NCBI GenBank assembly: GCA_965205605.1
Contig: CBDBHE010000006.1
Coordinates: 160,001 to 224,000, forward strand
Length of the DNA: 64,000 nucleotides
Direction: 5' to 3'
Origin: Spirochaetota bacterium
GTDB lineage: Bacteria > Spirochaetota > UBA12135 > COTS27 > CBDBHE01
The notes beneath the pieces were generated by a model. That model was given only the letters and a program-made list of their open reading frames with translations. It was not told the origin of the DNA and did not search any database. A program made the position numbers and the translations under genes. Below are positions 1-8,536 of the stretch, piece after piece. The stretch's first letter is position 1; every line of letters starts with the position of its first letter.

Positions 1-597
1 ATTGCGACTCAAAACCAACATAAATTATTAGAAATAAAAAAATGGTTAAAAAAAGATTTTTATCCTTCTTCTTTAAAAGATTTTACTCCTATTGGAGCGA
101 TTAAAGAAACGGGGGGCAGTTTTTTTGAAAATGCTTTGATTAAAGCGAAAGCTGTTTTTAAGCATACGAGGATGGCGTCTTTGGCTGAAGATTCTGGATT
201 GCTTATTGATGCTTTGGGAGGGGAGCCTGGGATTAATTCAGCTAGGTACGCAGGTGAGCATTCAAGTACAGAAAGTCTTATTAGAAAAGTTTTAAGAAAA
301 ATGAAACCTTATGAAGGTTTAAATAGAAAAGCTTGTTTTCATTCTACATTTGTTTTTTATTTTTGTTCTACTGAAGGTGAGGAAGTTATTTTAAAATCAG
401 AGGGAAATATTTTTGGTTTCATTGCTAAAGCCCCTCAAGGAAATCAAGGGTTTGGATATGACCCCATTTTTATCCCAAAAGGCTATGAGAAAACATTTGG
501 ACAGCTTGGAAGTGAAGCCAAAGACAACATCTCTCATCGGGCTAAAGCATTAAAAAAAATGCTTGGTCTGCTAGAAAAAACTAAACACTACATTTAG
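1..597 (+). CDS. rdgB: RdgB/HAM1 non-canonical purine NTP pyrophosphatase (5'-truncated by window edge)
   Basis: Frame is open from base 1 (IATQNQHKLLEI...ETGGSFFENALIKAK); motifs AEDSGL, PGINSARYAG, GFGYDPIF, SHRAKAL. Confidence 0.95.
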   Translation: MATQNQHKLLEIKKWLKKDFYPSSLKDFTPIGAIKETGGSFFENALIKAKAVFKHTRMASLAEDSGLLIDALGGEPGINSARYAGEHSSTESLIRKVLRKMKPYEGLNRKACFHSTFVFYFCSTEGEEVILKSEGNIFGFIAKAPQGNQGFGYDPIFIPKGYEKTFGQLGSEAKDNISHRAKALKKMLGLLEKTKHYI

Positions 598-1235
598 TCT
601 GCATACTCAAAAACATTCCAATCACTGCTTGTGGCTTCTTTAAGTAAAAAGATGTAAATTTTGTCTTCACTATCTTTTAAGAAATCAATACTATTCCTGT
701 GGGATCCTGAGGCTTGTTCAAATTGTACGCTTTCTCCCGACTTTAACATAATCGAATCTTCTAATGGAGTTTCTAAATCATAAGCGTCGGGTCCATCATC
801 TTCTTCTTCTGCCTCTACTATTACTACCTCTTCACCATCTTCTGTAAATATATCTATAAGTGTCTCTATAGCTGCTGCTGCTATAAAGTCAAGAGTTGTA
901 AATTCTCCATTTTGGATGTTTCTGATATAAGCTTTTACGTAAGCTGTTTGATAACCAGGTCTAGAAGCTTCAAAAAGAATGGTACGTTTTTCTATTGTAT
1001 CACCTTCTAAACGAAAAGAGCCATTAGAGTCTGTTGTTGTTGAGGTATTTCCAGAGCGTATTGTGATGCGATTATCGCCTTCTTGATAATCAAAAGTATT
1101 ATCAGTGCTATTGGAGCTGGGGTCTTCTAAAAAAACTTTTCCATTGATGGCAAGAGTTTCGTGAGTACCACAAGAAAAAATTAAAAATAAGCTTACAGAA
1201 AAGATTATTTTTTTATTGTTTCTTATTATCATCAT
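594..1235 (-). CDS. Putative lipoprotein with carboxypeptidase-regulatory-like (beta-sandwich) domain, acidic
   Basis: Signal peptide with lipobox-like LIFSC; TTTDSNGSFRL and PGY motifs typical of prealbumin-like folds. Confidence 0.6.
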   Translation of the reverse strand: MMIIRNNKKIIFSVSLFLIFSCGTHETLAINGKVFLEDPSSNSTDNTFDYQEGDNRITIRSGNTSTTTDSNGSFRLEGDTIEKRTILFEASRPGYQTAYVKAYIRNIQNGEFTTLDFIAAAAIETLIDIFTEDGEEVVIVEAEEEDDGPDAYDLETPLEDSIMLKSGESVQFEQASGSHRNSIDFLKDSEDKIYIFLLKEATSSDWNVFEYAD

Positions 1236-1238
1236 TTT

Positions 1239-2618
1239 TTAAAAATTTAAATTTAATCCCAACTGGTAATGACTTTCTTGGTCATTAAATGTATAAAAAT
1301 AAGGTTTAATAGAAAGATTTTTATTATGGTAAGAAAAAAAGGGATTTTCAGATGCTGGGTAAGTTGCATCAATAATGTTAAAAAAATGAATGATGGCTCC
1401 AATGACAGTGAACGTCCATCCAGTAAAGTGAATCCCAAATAAAATATCTCTTTCTAATTGGCCTTTTCTTGAGGTTTCGTTTCCATTATTGTCAAAGGTT
1501 TTCCCATTTTTTTCAATCACGTCTTCAAATCGTCTTAATGAAGCAACCCCTTCGTCAAAACCTCCCAAAGCCATAGGGAGTCCTATTCCAAAACAGATGG
1601 CTTCGTAAAAAATAAAAGCAAAACCGACGCCACTTTTTCCATTGATGATTTGACTTGCTCCAGGAATGAAGATACTAGCAATACCAGAAGGGAAGTGAAA
1701 TTGTCGTTCAATTACTTCTAGTGTTTGACCGACTTGTAACTGGTGAAAGTCTCCATCAGAAAAGATTTTGGCTTCTGAATAGTTTTCTTCTATTTCTGTA
1801 ACAATTAAAGTGGCGACTTTTTTTTTTAAAAAAACAGTTTTTCCATCATAGTTAATTTTTTCTTTTTTGTAAACCTTTAGATTAGATTTTGCAAATAAGC
1901 CATTTTTTTTTCCTAAGTTGATTATTATTTTTTGATCTTTTTTTTTAAGGGCAATAATTTTTCCAGTAAGCTTCATGTCTTTGATAAGGTTAACAATTAG
2001 ACTTTTAGCTGATTTTTGTAGTAGATTTTTGGTAATTTTTCTTTTTTCGCTTTGACTTAATCTTTTAGGGGCTTTTTTTGAAACGCTCGCTTGACCTGTT
2101 TTAATTTCTGAAACTTCACCTGTTTCTGAATTAATAAATTTTCCAGAAATTTTAGTGGAAAAAGAATAAGGGGTAAAATATTTAACCACTTTTTCATAAT
2201 ACCATTGTGTTTTTTTCTTTCCTTTTTTGTTGTAGGTCACTAATGGTTTTTTGACTAGCTTTACTTTTCTAACTTCATTTCCCTCTACAACGGAAACATC
2301 GACAATATCCCCAATTACTAGGTATTCGATGTTTAAAATTTCACTGATTTCTTTGGTTTCATCCGCTGTCGTTAACCCTGAAAGGACGAGTTCTTTTTCT
2401 TTTAAAACTTTGTCTAAATTTTCTCTGTCAACAATCTTAAATCGCTTTGTTCGAAAAAGATATTCGCTAATAGTTTGATTGACAACAGCTAGATATTCTT
2501 TTGATTTTTTTGTTTTATCACCAAAACCAGTAATTGCAATATTGATTTTTTCTCCTTGTCCAGCCAATAGAGAAAAAGACAAAATTAAAAAAATAAACCA
2601 TTTACTTTTTTTAATCAT
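1239..2618 (-). CDS. CsgG/HfaB-family exported protein with FlgT-C-like domain and C-terminal hydrophobic domain
   Basis: Signal peptide; RFKIVDRENLDKVLKEKEL...SGL (CsgG/TolB-N like); IIINLGKKNGL (FlgT C-terminal like); SIFIPGASQ plus TM segments; ends in LGLNLNF. Confidence 0.7.
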   Translation of the reverse strand: MIKKSKWFIFLILSFSLLAGQGEKINIAITGFGDKTKKSKEYLAVVNQTISEYLFRTKRFKIVDRENLDKVLKEKELVLSGLTTADETKEISEILNIEYLVIGDIVDVSVVEGNEVRKVKLVKKPLVTYNKKGKKKTQWYYEKVVKYFTPYSFSTKISGKFINSETGEVSEIKTGQASVSKKAPKRLSQSEKRKITKNLLQKSAKSLIVNLIKDMKLTGKIIALKKKDQKIIINLGKKNGLFAKSNLKVYKKEKINYDGKTVFLKKKVATLIVTEIEENYSEAKIFSDGDFHQLQVGQTLEVIERQFHFPSGIASIFIPGASQIINGKSGVGFAFIFYEAICFGIGLPMALGGFDEGVASLRRFEDVIEKNGKTFDNNGNETSRKGQLERDILFGIHFTGWTFTVIGAIIHFFNIIDATYPASENPFFSYHNKNLSIKPYFYTFNDQESHYQLGLNLNF

Positions 2619-2625
2619 TTTTTTT

Positions 2626-2674
2626 ATTTTACTATTTTACTATACTTTTTTTTTATTTTACTATACTTTTTTTT
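2626..2674. repeat. Short tandem repeat ATTTTACTATAC(T)8-9 x2 plus a partial third copy
   Basis: Units at 2634-2654 and 2655-2674; ATTTTACTAT also at 2626-2635. Confidence 0.85.
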
Positions 2675-2735
2675 ATCTCTTACAAGAGAGGATGTTTGGT
2701 GATATAGTAAACTCATGAAATAGGGATTTGATTTT

Positions 2736-3152
2736 ATGAAGTTTTTTTATTTTTCTGTTTTTTCTTTAAGTCAGTGTTTTTTGATATTTTCTTGCTTTGG
2801 AGGTGACCGCAAACAAAAAAAAACATTAACCCCTAAAGAACAGCTTATTTCCGAAGGACAGAAGATGTATCATATAAGAGGTTGTGTTAAATGTCATGGC
2901 TTTAAAGGAGATGGAAAAGGGCCTCTTATGATGACGTATCGGGGGACGTATCGGGCACGTGATTTTTCTAATTTAAAAGCGTATCGACAAGGGAGTAATT
3001 TAAAACAAATGATGCAGACCATTAAAGTAGGCATTACCAATGTCAAAACAACGATGCCAGCATTTCCTTACTTATCTGAGAAAGAAAAACTCTCTATAGC
3101 AACTTATATTATTTATCTTAGAGAGCTTTCTTTAAAATCAACTAATTTTTAA
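2736..3152 (+). CDS. Monoheme c-type cytochrome, probable lipoprotein
   Basis: CVKCH heme motif, GFKGDGKGP, distal Met in TTMPAF; LIFSC lipobox-like. Confidence 0.9.
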   Translation: MKFFYFSVFSLSQCFLIFSCFGGDRKQKKTLTPKEQLISEGQKMYHIRGCVKCHGFKGDGKGPLMMTYRGTYRARDFSNLKAYRQGSNLKQMMQTIKVGITNVKTTMPAFPYLSEKEKLSIATYIIYLRELSLKSTNF

Positions 3153-3158
3153 TTTGCT

Positions 3159-3980
3159 TTGGAGCCATTGGTTGTTTTCGAATCTATTTTAAAAAGTCCT
3201 CTTTTTAAATCTAAAGAACAGAATTTAAGAAAAAAAATTAGAGGTTTAAAAAAAGTGATTGTTGCTTTTTCTGGAGGGGTGGATTCTTCTGTTGTGGCCA
3301 AAGTGTCTTCACAAGAGCTAGGGAAAGGGGCTTTGGTTTTAATTGGGGATTCACCTAGTCTTTCTAGAGAAAATTTAAAAATAGCCACTCAGATTGCAAA
3401 AGAGCATCATTTTTATTTTAAAACAGTGAATGTTTTTGAGCATTATAATCCAAAGTATTTTAACAATCCTAAAAATAGGTGTTTTTTTTGTAAATTTGAG
3501 CTTTATGAAACTTGTAAGCAAGTCAAGTTGAAAGAAAATTATGAGGCTATTTTAGATGGAAGTCATATAGATGATTTAAGTGATGATCGACCGGGGGAAG
3601 GAGCTGCAAAAAAAAAGGGGGTTGTAAGTGTTCTTAAGCAATTTGAGTTTAACAAAAAAGAAATACGAGCTTTTGCGTATCAATTAAAACTTAAAAATTA
3701 TCAAAAAATAGCTGAGCCTTGTCTTGCTTCACGTGTACTAACAGGAATTAAAATAACAAAAAAGGTTTTAAATAAAGTAGAACAAGCAGAAGCTTTTTTA
3801 AAAAAATTAGGATTTTTAGAAGTACGAGTACGGTATCATGGTAATTTTGCTAAAATTGAAGTTCCTTTTTTAAAAATAAAAAATCTTTTTTCTTTTAAAA
3901 AAATTATAGAAACTCGCTTTAAAAAAATCGGTTTTGAGCATATTACTATTGATTTAATAGGGTTAAAAAAGAGCTTTTAA
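3159..3980 (+). CDS. larE: LarE-family ATP-dependent sulfur transferase (TIGR00268-like)
   Basis: PP-loop AFSGGVDS, NRCFFCK, DDLSDDRPG, PCLASR, VRVRYHG; TTG start. Confidence 0.9.
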   Translation: MEPLVVFESILKSPLFKSKEQNLRKKIRGLKKVIVAFSGGVDSSVVAKVSSQELGKGALVLIGDSPSLSRENLKIATQIAKEHHFYFKTVNVFEHYNPKYFNNPKNRCFFCKFELYETCKQVKLKENYEAILDGSHIDDLSDDRPGEGAAKKKGVVSVLKQFEFNKKEIRAFAYQLKLKNYQKIAEPCLASRVLTGIKITKKVLNKVEQAEAFLKKLGFLEVRVRYHGNFAKIEVPFLKIKNLFSFKKIIETRFKKIGFEHITIDLIGLKKSF

Positions 3981-4079
3981 AGAAGGCTGTTTATTGATTC
4001 TTTCTTAGGGTAGAGATTTAATTGATAGTATAATTTTATTTTTATTTTTAAAAACTCATAAAGAGAGGTTATTGATTTT

Positions 4080-4652
4080 ATGGTTGGAACAAATTATTTA
4101 AAAAAAGGAATTACCATTAAGAAGGTAAATAAATTGTGGTTTGTTATTAGTAGTTTTTTTGTCAAACCTGGAAAAGGAGCCGCTTTTTATAAAGCGAAGC
4201 TTAGGGAAATAAAAACAGGAAAAGTGGTTGAATACACTTTTAAATCAGGTGAGGAAATTGATTTAGTTGATACGGAAAGAAGAAATGTACAGTTTTTGTA
4301 TCAAGGTAGGCAAGAGTATGTTTTTATGGATGAGGAAAATTATGAACAATATCATTTAAAGATAGATATTGTAGGAGAAGAAGTTGCTCGGTTTTTAAAA
4401 GAAGAACAAAAGCTTGTTTTATTTTTTGTTGAAGAAGAGCCGATTAGTATAAGTTTTGTGAAGCAAAAATTATCTTTTAAAGTTGTAGAAGCTCCTCCGG
4501 GAGTAAAAGGAGATACAGTTAGTAATGCCTTTAAAACAGTGACGATTGATTCAGGAGCTAAGATACAAACGCCTCTTTTTATTAAAGAGGGCGAAGAGAT
4601 TATTGTTAATGTTGAAACGGGCGAATATTGCGAAAGAACGAAGGGTAATTAA
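4080..4652 (+). CDS. efp: Elongation factor P
   Basis: VKPGKGAAF, PGVKGDT, TPLFIKEGE; GAGGT RBS upstream. Confidence 0.97.
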   Translation: MVGTNYLKKGITIKKVNKLWFVISSFFVKPGKGAAFYKAKLREIKTGKVVEYTFKSGEEIDLVDTERRNVQFLYQGRQEYVFMDEENYEQYHLKIDIVGEEVARFLKEEQKLVLFFVEEEPISISFVKQKLSFKVVEAPPGVKGDTVSNAFKTVTIDSGAKIQTPLFIKEGEEIIVNVETGEYCERTKGN

Positions 4653-4664
4653 AAGCAAATTGTA

Positions 4665-5555
4665 TTAAGTTTTATAAAGATAAGCGACTTGTTTTTCATA
4701 GCCATTGTAAGGCAGGGTTTTTTGGATTTTGTTGCTACCGATTAGTCTTTCCCATTTTTGGGACCACCTAGGGTGAGGTACTTTGGGGTTAACATTAGAG
4801 AAAAAGCCGTATTCTTTTGGAGCGACATCGTTCCAAAAAGTGGCTGGTTTTTTATTGGTGAATTCGATTGAAACAATACTTTTAATACTTTTATAGCCAT
4901 ATTTCCAAGGAGTAATGATTCTTACAGGGGCTCCATTTTGTTTTGGAAGTGCTTTCCCATACATTCCAATCGTCAATAAAGTAAGAGGATTTAAGGCTTC
5001 ATCTAGTCGCAGTCCTTCATAATAAGGCCAAGGATAATAGGGGGCTGTTTTAATACCAGGCATTTGTTTGGGTTTGTAAGCGGTTACAAATCGAACATAT
5101 TTTGCTTTTTTAAGAGGCTTGGCGTCTTTTATAATATCTCTAAAAGCGATTCCCATCCAAGGTACAACCATTGCCCATTTCTCAACACATCGAAATCGAT
5201 AGATCCTTTCCTCAACATTAAAACGCTTGGTATATGAATACAAATCTACTTTTTTTTGATTTTCACAAAGACCTTTAATTTCTATTTCCCAAGGATTGAT
5301 TTCAAATCGACGTGTGTTTTTTATTACTTTTTCTTTATCAAGACCAAACTCATAAAAGTTATTATAACTAGTTGCTATTTTTTCGTTTGTTATTTGTAAG
5401 TTAGTTTTTTTTTTGGCTTTAATAAAGGAAGCAAGACTAAAAGTAGTTGCTAAAAGAGCTGTTTTTTTTATGAAGCTTCTTCGATGATTAAAAATAGATT
5501 CATCAGTAACGTCATTTTCAGTTAAAGCCCATTCTTTTTTTTGATGATAATGCAT
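4665..5555 (-). CDS. msrP: Protein-methionine-sulfoxide reductase catalytic subunit MsrP (YedY)
   Basis: Tat motif RRSFIK; YNNFYEFG, RFRCVEKW (Mo-ligand Cys), WPYYEGLRLDEA, QNGAPVR, PWKYGYKSIKSI, HPRWSQ. Confidence 0.95.
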   Translation of the reverse strand: MHYHQKKEWALTENDVTDESIFNHRRSFIKKTALLATTFSLASFIKAKKKTNLQITNEKIATSYNNFYEFGLDKEKVIKNTRRFEINPWEIEIKGLCENQKKVDLYSYTKRFNVEERIYRFRCVEKWAMVVPWMGIAFRDIIKDAKPLKKAKYVRFVTAYKPKQMPGIKTAPYYPWPYYEGLRLDEALNPLTLLTIGMYGKALPKQNGAPVRIITPWKYGYKSIKSIVSIEFTNKKPATFWNDVAPKEYGFFSNVNPKVPHPRWSQKWERLIGSNKIQKTLPYNGYEKQVAYLYKT

Positions 5556-5592
5556 TTTTATAGGATTTGCTTCTTAAAGAGAAAACGAATCA

Positions 5593-6951
5593 TTATTCTG
5601 GAAAAATTTGATTACCTGCCTTTAGGTCAGAAACAACCGATATATCTTTTAAGGTTCTTTTTTGAGAAGGCCCATTTTCTAAATTAAGCACCCCTCTAGG
5701 GCAAACAGTAGAACACAACCCGCAACCTACGCAAGAAGATCTTACGATATTTTGTCCTCTTTGAGCGTACCATTTAACATCGATACCCATTTCACAATAA
5801 GTAGAACAATTGCCACAAGAAATACAAAGAGAACCATTAGTGGTGATTCGAAATCTTGAAAAAAACCGTTGTAAAACACCTAAAATAGCAGCTTGAGGGC
5901 ATCCAAATCGGCACCAAAGCCGTGTCCCAAAAATTGGATAAAATCCTGTCCCAACAACACCTGCAAAGACCATCCCAATCAAAGTCCCATAAACCATTCG
6001 AAATTCTTTTGATAAAGGACCAAAAATGGAGTTGGGTTTCATTAGATCAATCCATAAGAAAACGGTTGTCGTAATAATAAAAAGAAGCACGCTATAAATA
6101 CTAATTCTTTCTATTTTCCAAGAAATAAGCTTCTTAGAAGATAATTGTCTCCAAGGATCCCCAAGAGTATTGGCAAGGCCTCCACAACCACAAACCCAAG
6201 AACAATACCATCTTTTACCATAAAAATAAGTTAAAATAGGAACGGCAACAAAAGATAACGCAATCGACCAAGCGAGTAAAAAAATGCTTAATTTACCTGG
6301 ATGATTTAGCATATAATCAATATTACTTGGAAAAATGTCTTGATAACTTAAAGGCCAAAAATAATTTACGTATTTTTGAGGTTCTTTTAAAAAAACTAAA
6401 ATAGCTGGGATTAAATAAGCAAAAATAGATTGAAAAAAGATAACTGATAAGGTTCTAATAATTTGATAAGCACTGTGTCGATATTTTACGATTGCCCTAA
6501 TTCCCATCATGAAAATTAAAAAAGTATACAGAGAGCCATATAAGAAATATTGATCAGACCCCCTCCCTCTTAAAGAGTAAGAGAAAGCATCTGTCATTTT
6601 AATCAGATGTTTTAAAGTAAAAGGGAACCAATACATTAAAATATAAAACCCGGTTAAAAAAAGACACAGCATCCAAGCAAAGGCACCTCGGTGAGTTAAA
6701 AAAGATGTGGTAATGTTATCATTTTTAACCCCCGCAGGAGTTTTTAAGTAATGTTTTAAAATATAAATAAGAGCCCCTACACTTATAAAACTAAGGCTTA
6801 AACCAAAAAAAAGTTTTGGTTGATGACTGCCTCCACCAAAAGCACCAATAAAAAATAAAAAAACCCCAATAGAAAAAATAAAAAGACCACTTTTTTCTAT
6901 AAAGCCTAAAGAATAATCTTTAATAAGACTAGTTGAATCATTTGTATTCAT
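5593..6951 (-). CDS. Polytopic membrane 4Fe-4S protein (NapH/MauN/YccM-like)
   Basis: About 9 TM helices; GKRWYCSWVCGCG, RLWCRFGCP, CISCGNCSTYC, CVGCGLCSTVCP. Confidence 0.9.
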   Translation of the reverse strand: MNTNDSTSLIKDYSLGFIEKSGLFIFSIGVFLFFIGAFGGGSHQPKLFFGLSLSFISVGALIYILKHYLKTPAGVKNDNITTSFLTHRGAFAWMLCLFLTGFYILMYWFPFTLKHLIKMTDAFSYSLRGRGSDQYFLYGSLYTFLIFMMGIRAIVKYRHSAYQIIRTLSVIFFQSIFAYLIPAILVFLKEPQKYVNYFWPLSYQDIFPSNIDYMLNHPGKLSIFLLAWSIALSFVAVPILTYFYGKRWYCSWVCGCGGLANTLGDPWRQLSSKKLISWKIERISIYSVLLFIITTTVFLWIDLMKPNSIFGPLSKEFRMVYGTLIGMVFAGVVGTGFYPIFGTRLWCRFGCPQAAILGVLQRFFSRFRITTNGSLCISCGNCSTYCEMGIDVKWYAQRGQNIVRSSCVGCGLCSTVCPRGVLNLENGPSQKRTLKDISVVSDLKAGNQIFPE

Positions 6952-6980
6952 TTTTAATTAAAACTCCTTGTATTGTGTTA

Positions 6981-8348
6981 TTAATTTCTACTTTGAAAGA
7001 TAGGGAATAATCCTTTTTTTGATTTTAATTTGATTGGATTTTCTTTGTGCAGGTTATTGTAAACATTAAGAACGTTTTTTTCAAAACTTTTATAAAATTC
7101 TGGATCAAAATTAACTTGCCCTAAATGAGCTAGAACATGAGAGAGCTTTTGTTTTTCGTGAATCCATTTTTCACATATTTGGTGTCTCCCTCGAATCCCT
7201 AAAAAATTAAAACCGATAACAGTTTGATTTGACTTTAAGTAGTTGATACGAATGCATCGTTGTCCATTAGGATCTTCCCAATAAATACTGGCTTCATTTT
7301 TTGGGTTTTTGTTTAAAATCATCCCATAAGTTTGATATTCAATATTAAAAAATTTAGCTGAATTAAACCAAATACCAGGAGAATAAAGGGTTTTTTCAAG
7401 AGTAATACTTCTGGCGACACATTCCCCTTGCATTTTTCCAGTATACCACAAAGGTTCACTTGGTTTTCGATTAGGGCTTGGCTTTTTTAAAGCAGAACAG
7501 TCCCCAATCGCATACACATCCTCCATGTTTGTTTGCATATAATCATTAACAAGAATTCCTTTTTTATCAATTTCAAGATCACTATCTTTTAAAAAATCAA
7601 CATTAGCTCTCACTCCTATAGTAATTCCTAAAAAATCACAAGGGATTTCTTCACCTTTAGTGGTAATAATAGCTCTGACTTGTCCTTGTTGATTAGATAA
7701 GATTTCTTTTAATTCTGTTTCAGTTTTAAGGTGAACATGGTGTCTTTTGATTTCTCGGGTAATAAGCTTTGCTTCTTCTTCAGGTAGGGTAGAGCTAAAA
7801 TACAAATGGCTGCGAATAAGAAAAGTGACTTTGATACCTCTAGACAAAAGCATTTCTGCCATTTCTACTCCAATAAGCCCTCCTCCAACAATGACTGCTT
7901 TTTTAATATTTTTAGTATTTTTTTCCATCTGCTCAAGCGATTGATAACTATAAAGTCCTTGGATGCCTTTTGATTCTTTTCCAGGCCAATTTAAAAAAAT
8001 AGGGATTGACCCTGTCGCTAAAATTAAAATATCATAATTCATTTCTTTTTCTTTAGATTTTTTTAAATGAAGTGTTTTATTTGAAAAATTGATTTTTTCT
8101 ACGTAAGCTTTAAGTAAGTTAATTTTATTTTTTTTCCAAAACCAATCTTCATAAGGTTTTGTTTGTTCATAAGTCAAATGCCCCATATAAATGTACATTA
8201 GAGCGGTTCTTGAGAAAAAGTGATCGGTTTCGTTTGAGATAATCGTAATGGTGTGCTTAGAATATTTTCTAATATATCGGGCAGCGGTAATGCCTGAAAT
8301 CCCATTTCCTATAATAACAATGTTTTTTTTAGTATTCACTTTGATCAT
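6981..8348 (-). CDS. NAD(P)/FAD-dependent oxidoreductase (pyridine nucleotide-disulfide / rubredoxin-reductase-like)
   Basis: IIGNGISG FAD motif, ILATGS, VGGGLIGVEMAE NAD motif, VYAIGDC. Confidence 0.9.
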   Translation of the reverse strand: MIKVNTKKNIVIIGNGISGITAARYIRKYSKHTITIISNETDHFFSRTALMYIYMGHLTYEQTKPYEDWFWKKNKINLLKAYVEKINFSNKTLHLKKSKEKEMNYDILILATGSIPIFLNWPGKESKGIQGLYSYQSLEQMEKNTKNIKKAVIVGGGLIGVEMAEMLLSRGIKVTFLIRSHLYFSSTLPEEEAKLITREIKRHHVHLKTETELKEILSNQQGQVRAIITTKGEEIPCDFLGITIGVRANVDFLKDSDLEIDKKGILVNDYMQTNMEDVYAIGDCSALKKPSPNRKPSEPLWYTGKMQGECVARSITLEKTLYSPGIWFNSAKFFNIEYQTYGMILNKNPKNEASIYWEDPNGQRCIRINYLKSNQTVIGFNFLGIRGRHQICEKWIHEKQKLSHVLAHLGQVNFDPEFYKSFEKNVLNVYNNLHKENPIKLKSKKGLFPIFQSRN

Positions 8349-8483
8349 AACCCTTCAATATTAATAATGCTTTAAATTATAATCTAAAATTTGACTTTTT
8401 TTTCAAAAAGTAAAGTGAAATAAAAATAATCCCAAAAATTACAAATAACTAATAAAGAAGTCTTTTTAAATTTTAAAAAATAG

Positions 8484-8500
8484 GTTACTTTTTAAGTAAC
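8484..8500. promoter_or_regulatory. Inverted repeat GTTACTT-ttt-AAGTAAC, possible operator
   Basis: Perfect 7-bp arms with 3-bp spacer in a divergent intergenic region. Confidence 0.35.
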
Positions 8501-8536
8501 TCTTATAAGTTTCAGGATTATTTTTATTTAAGTCAA

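Noticed and set aside
2479-2718. 79-aa ORF with a FYYTFF repeat
   Set aside because: Translation of the intergenic tandem repeat plus antisense of the CsgG-like gene; not a credible gene
2933-2955. GACGTATCGGG repeated with 12-bp period in the cytochrome c gene
   Set aside because: Only two copies, in frame (TYRG-TYRA); a simple micro-duplication, not CRISPR or an att site
6981-8348. Possible bacillithiol disulfide reductase (YpdA/Bdr)
   Set aside because: Length and motifs fit the NADH oxidase/rubredoxin-reductase class, not the shorter TrxR-like YpdA
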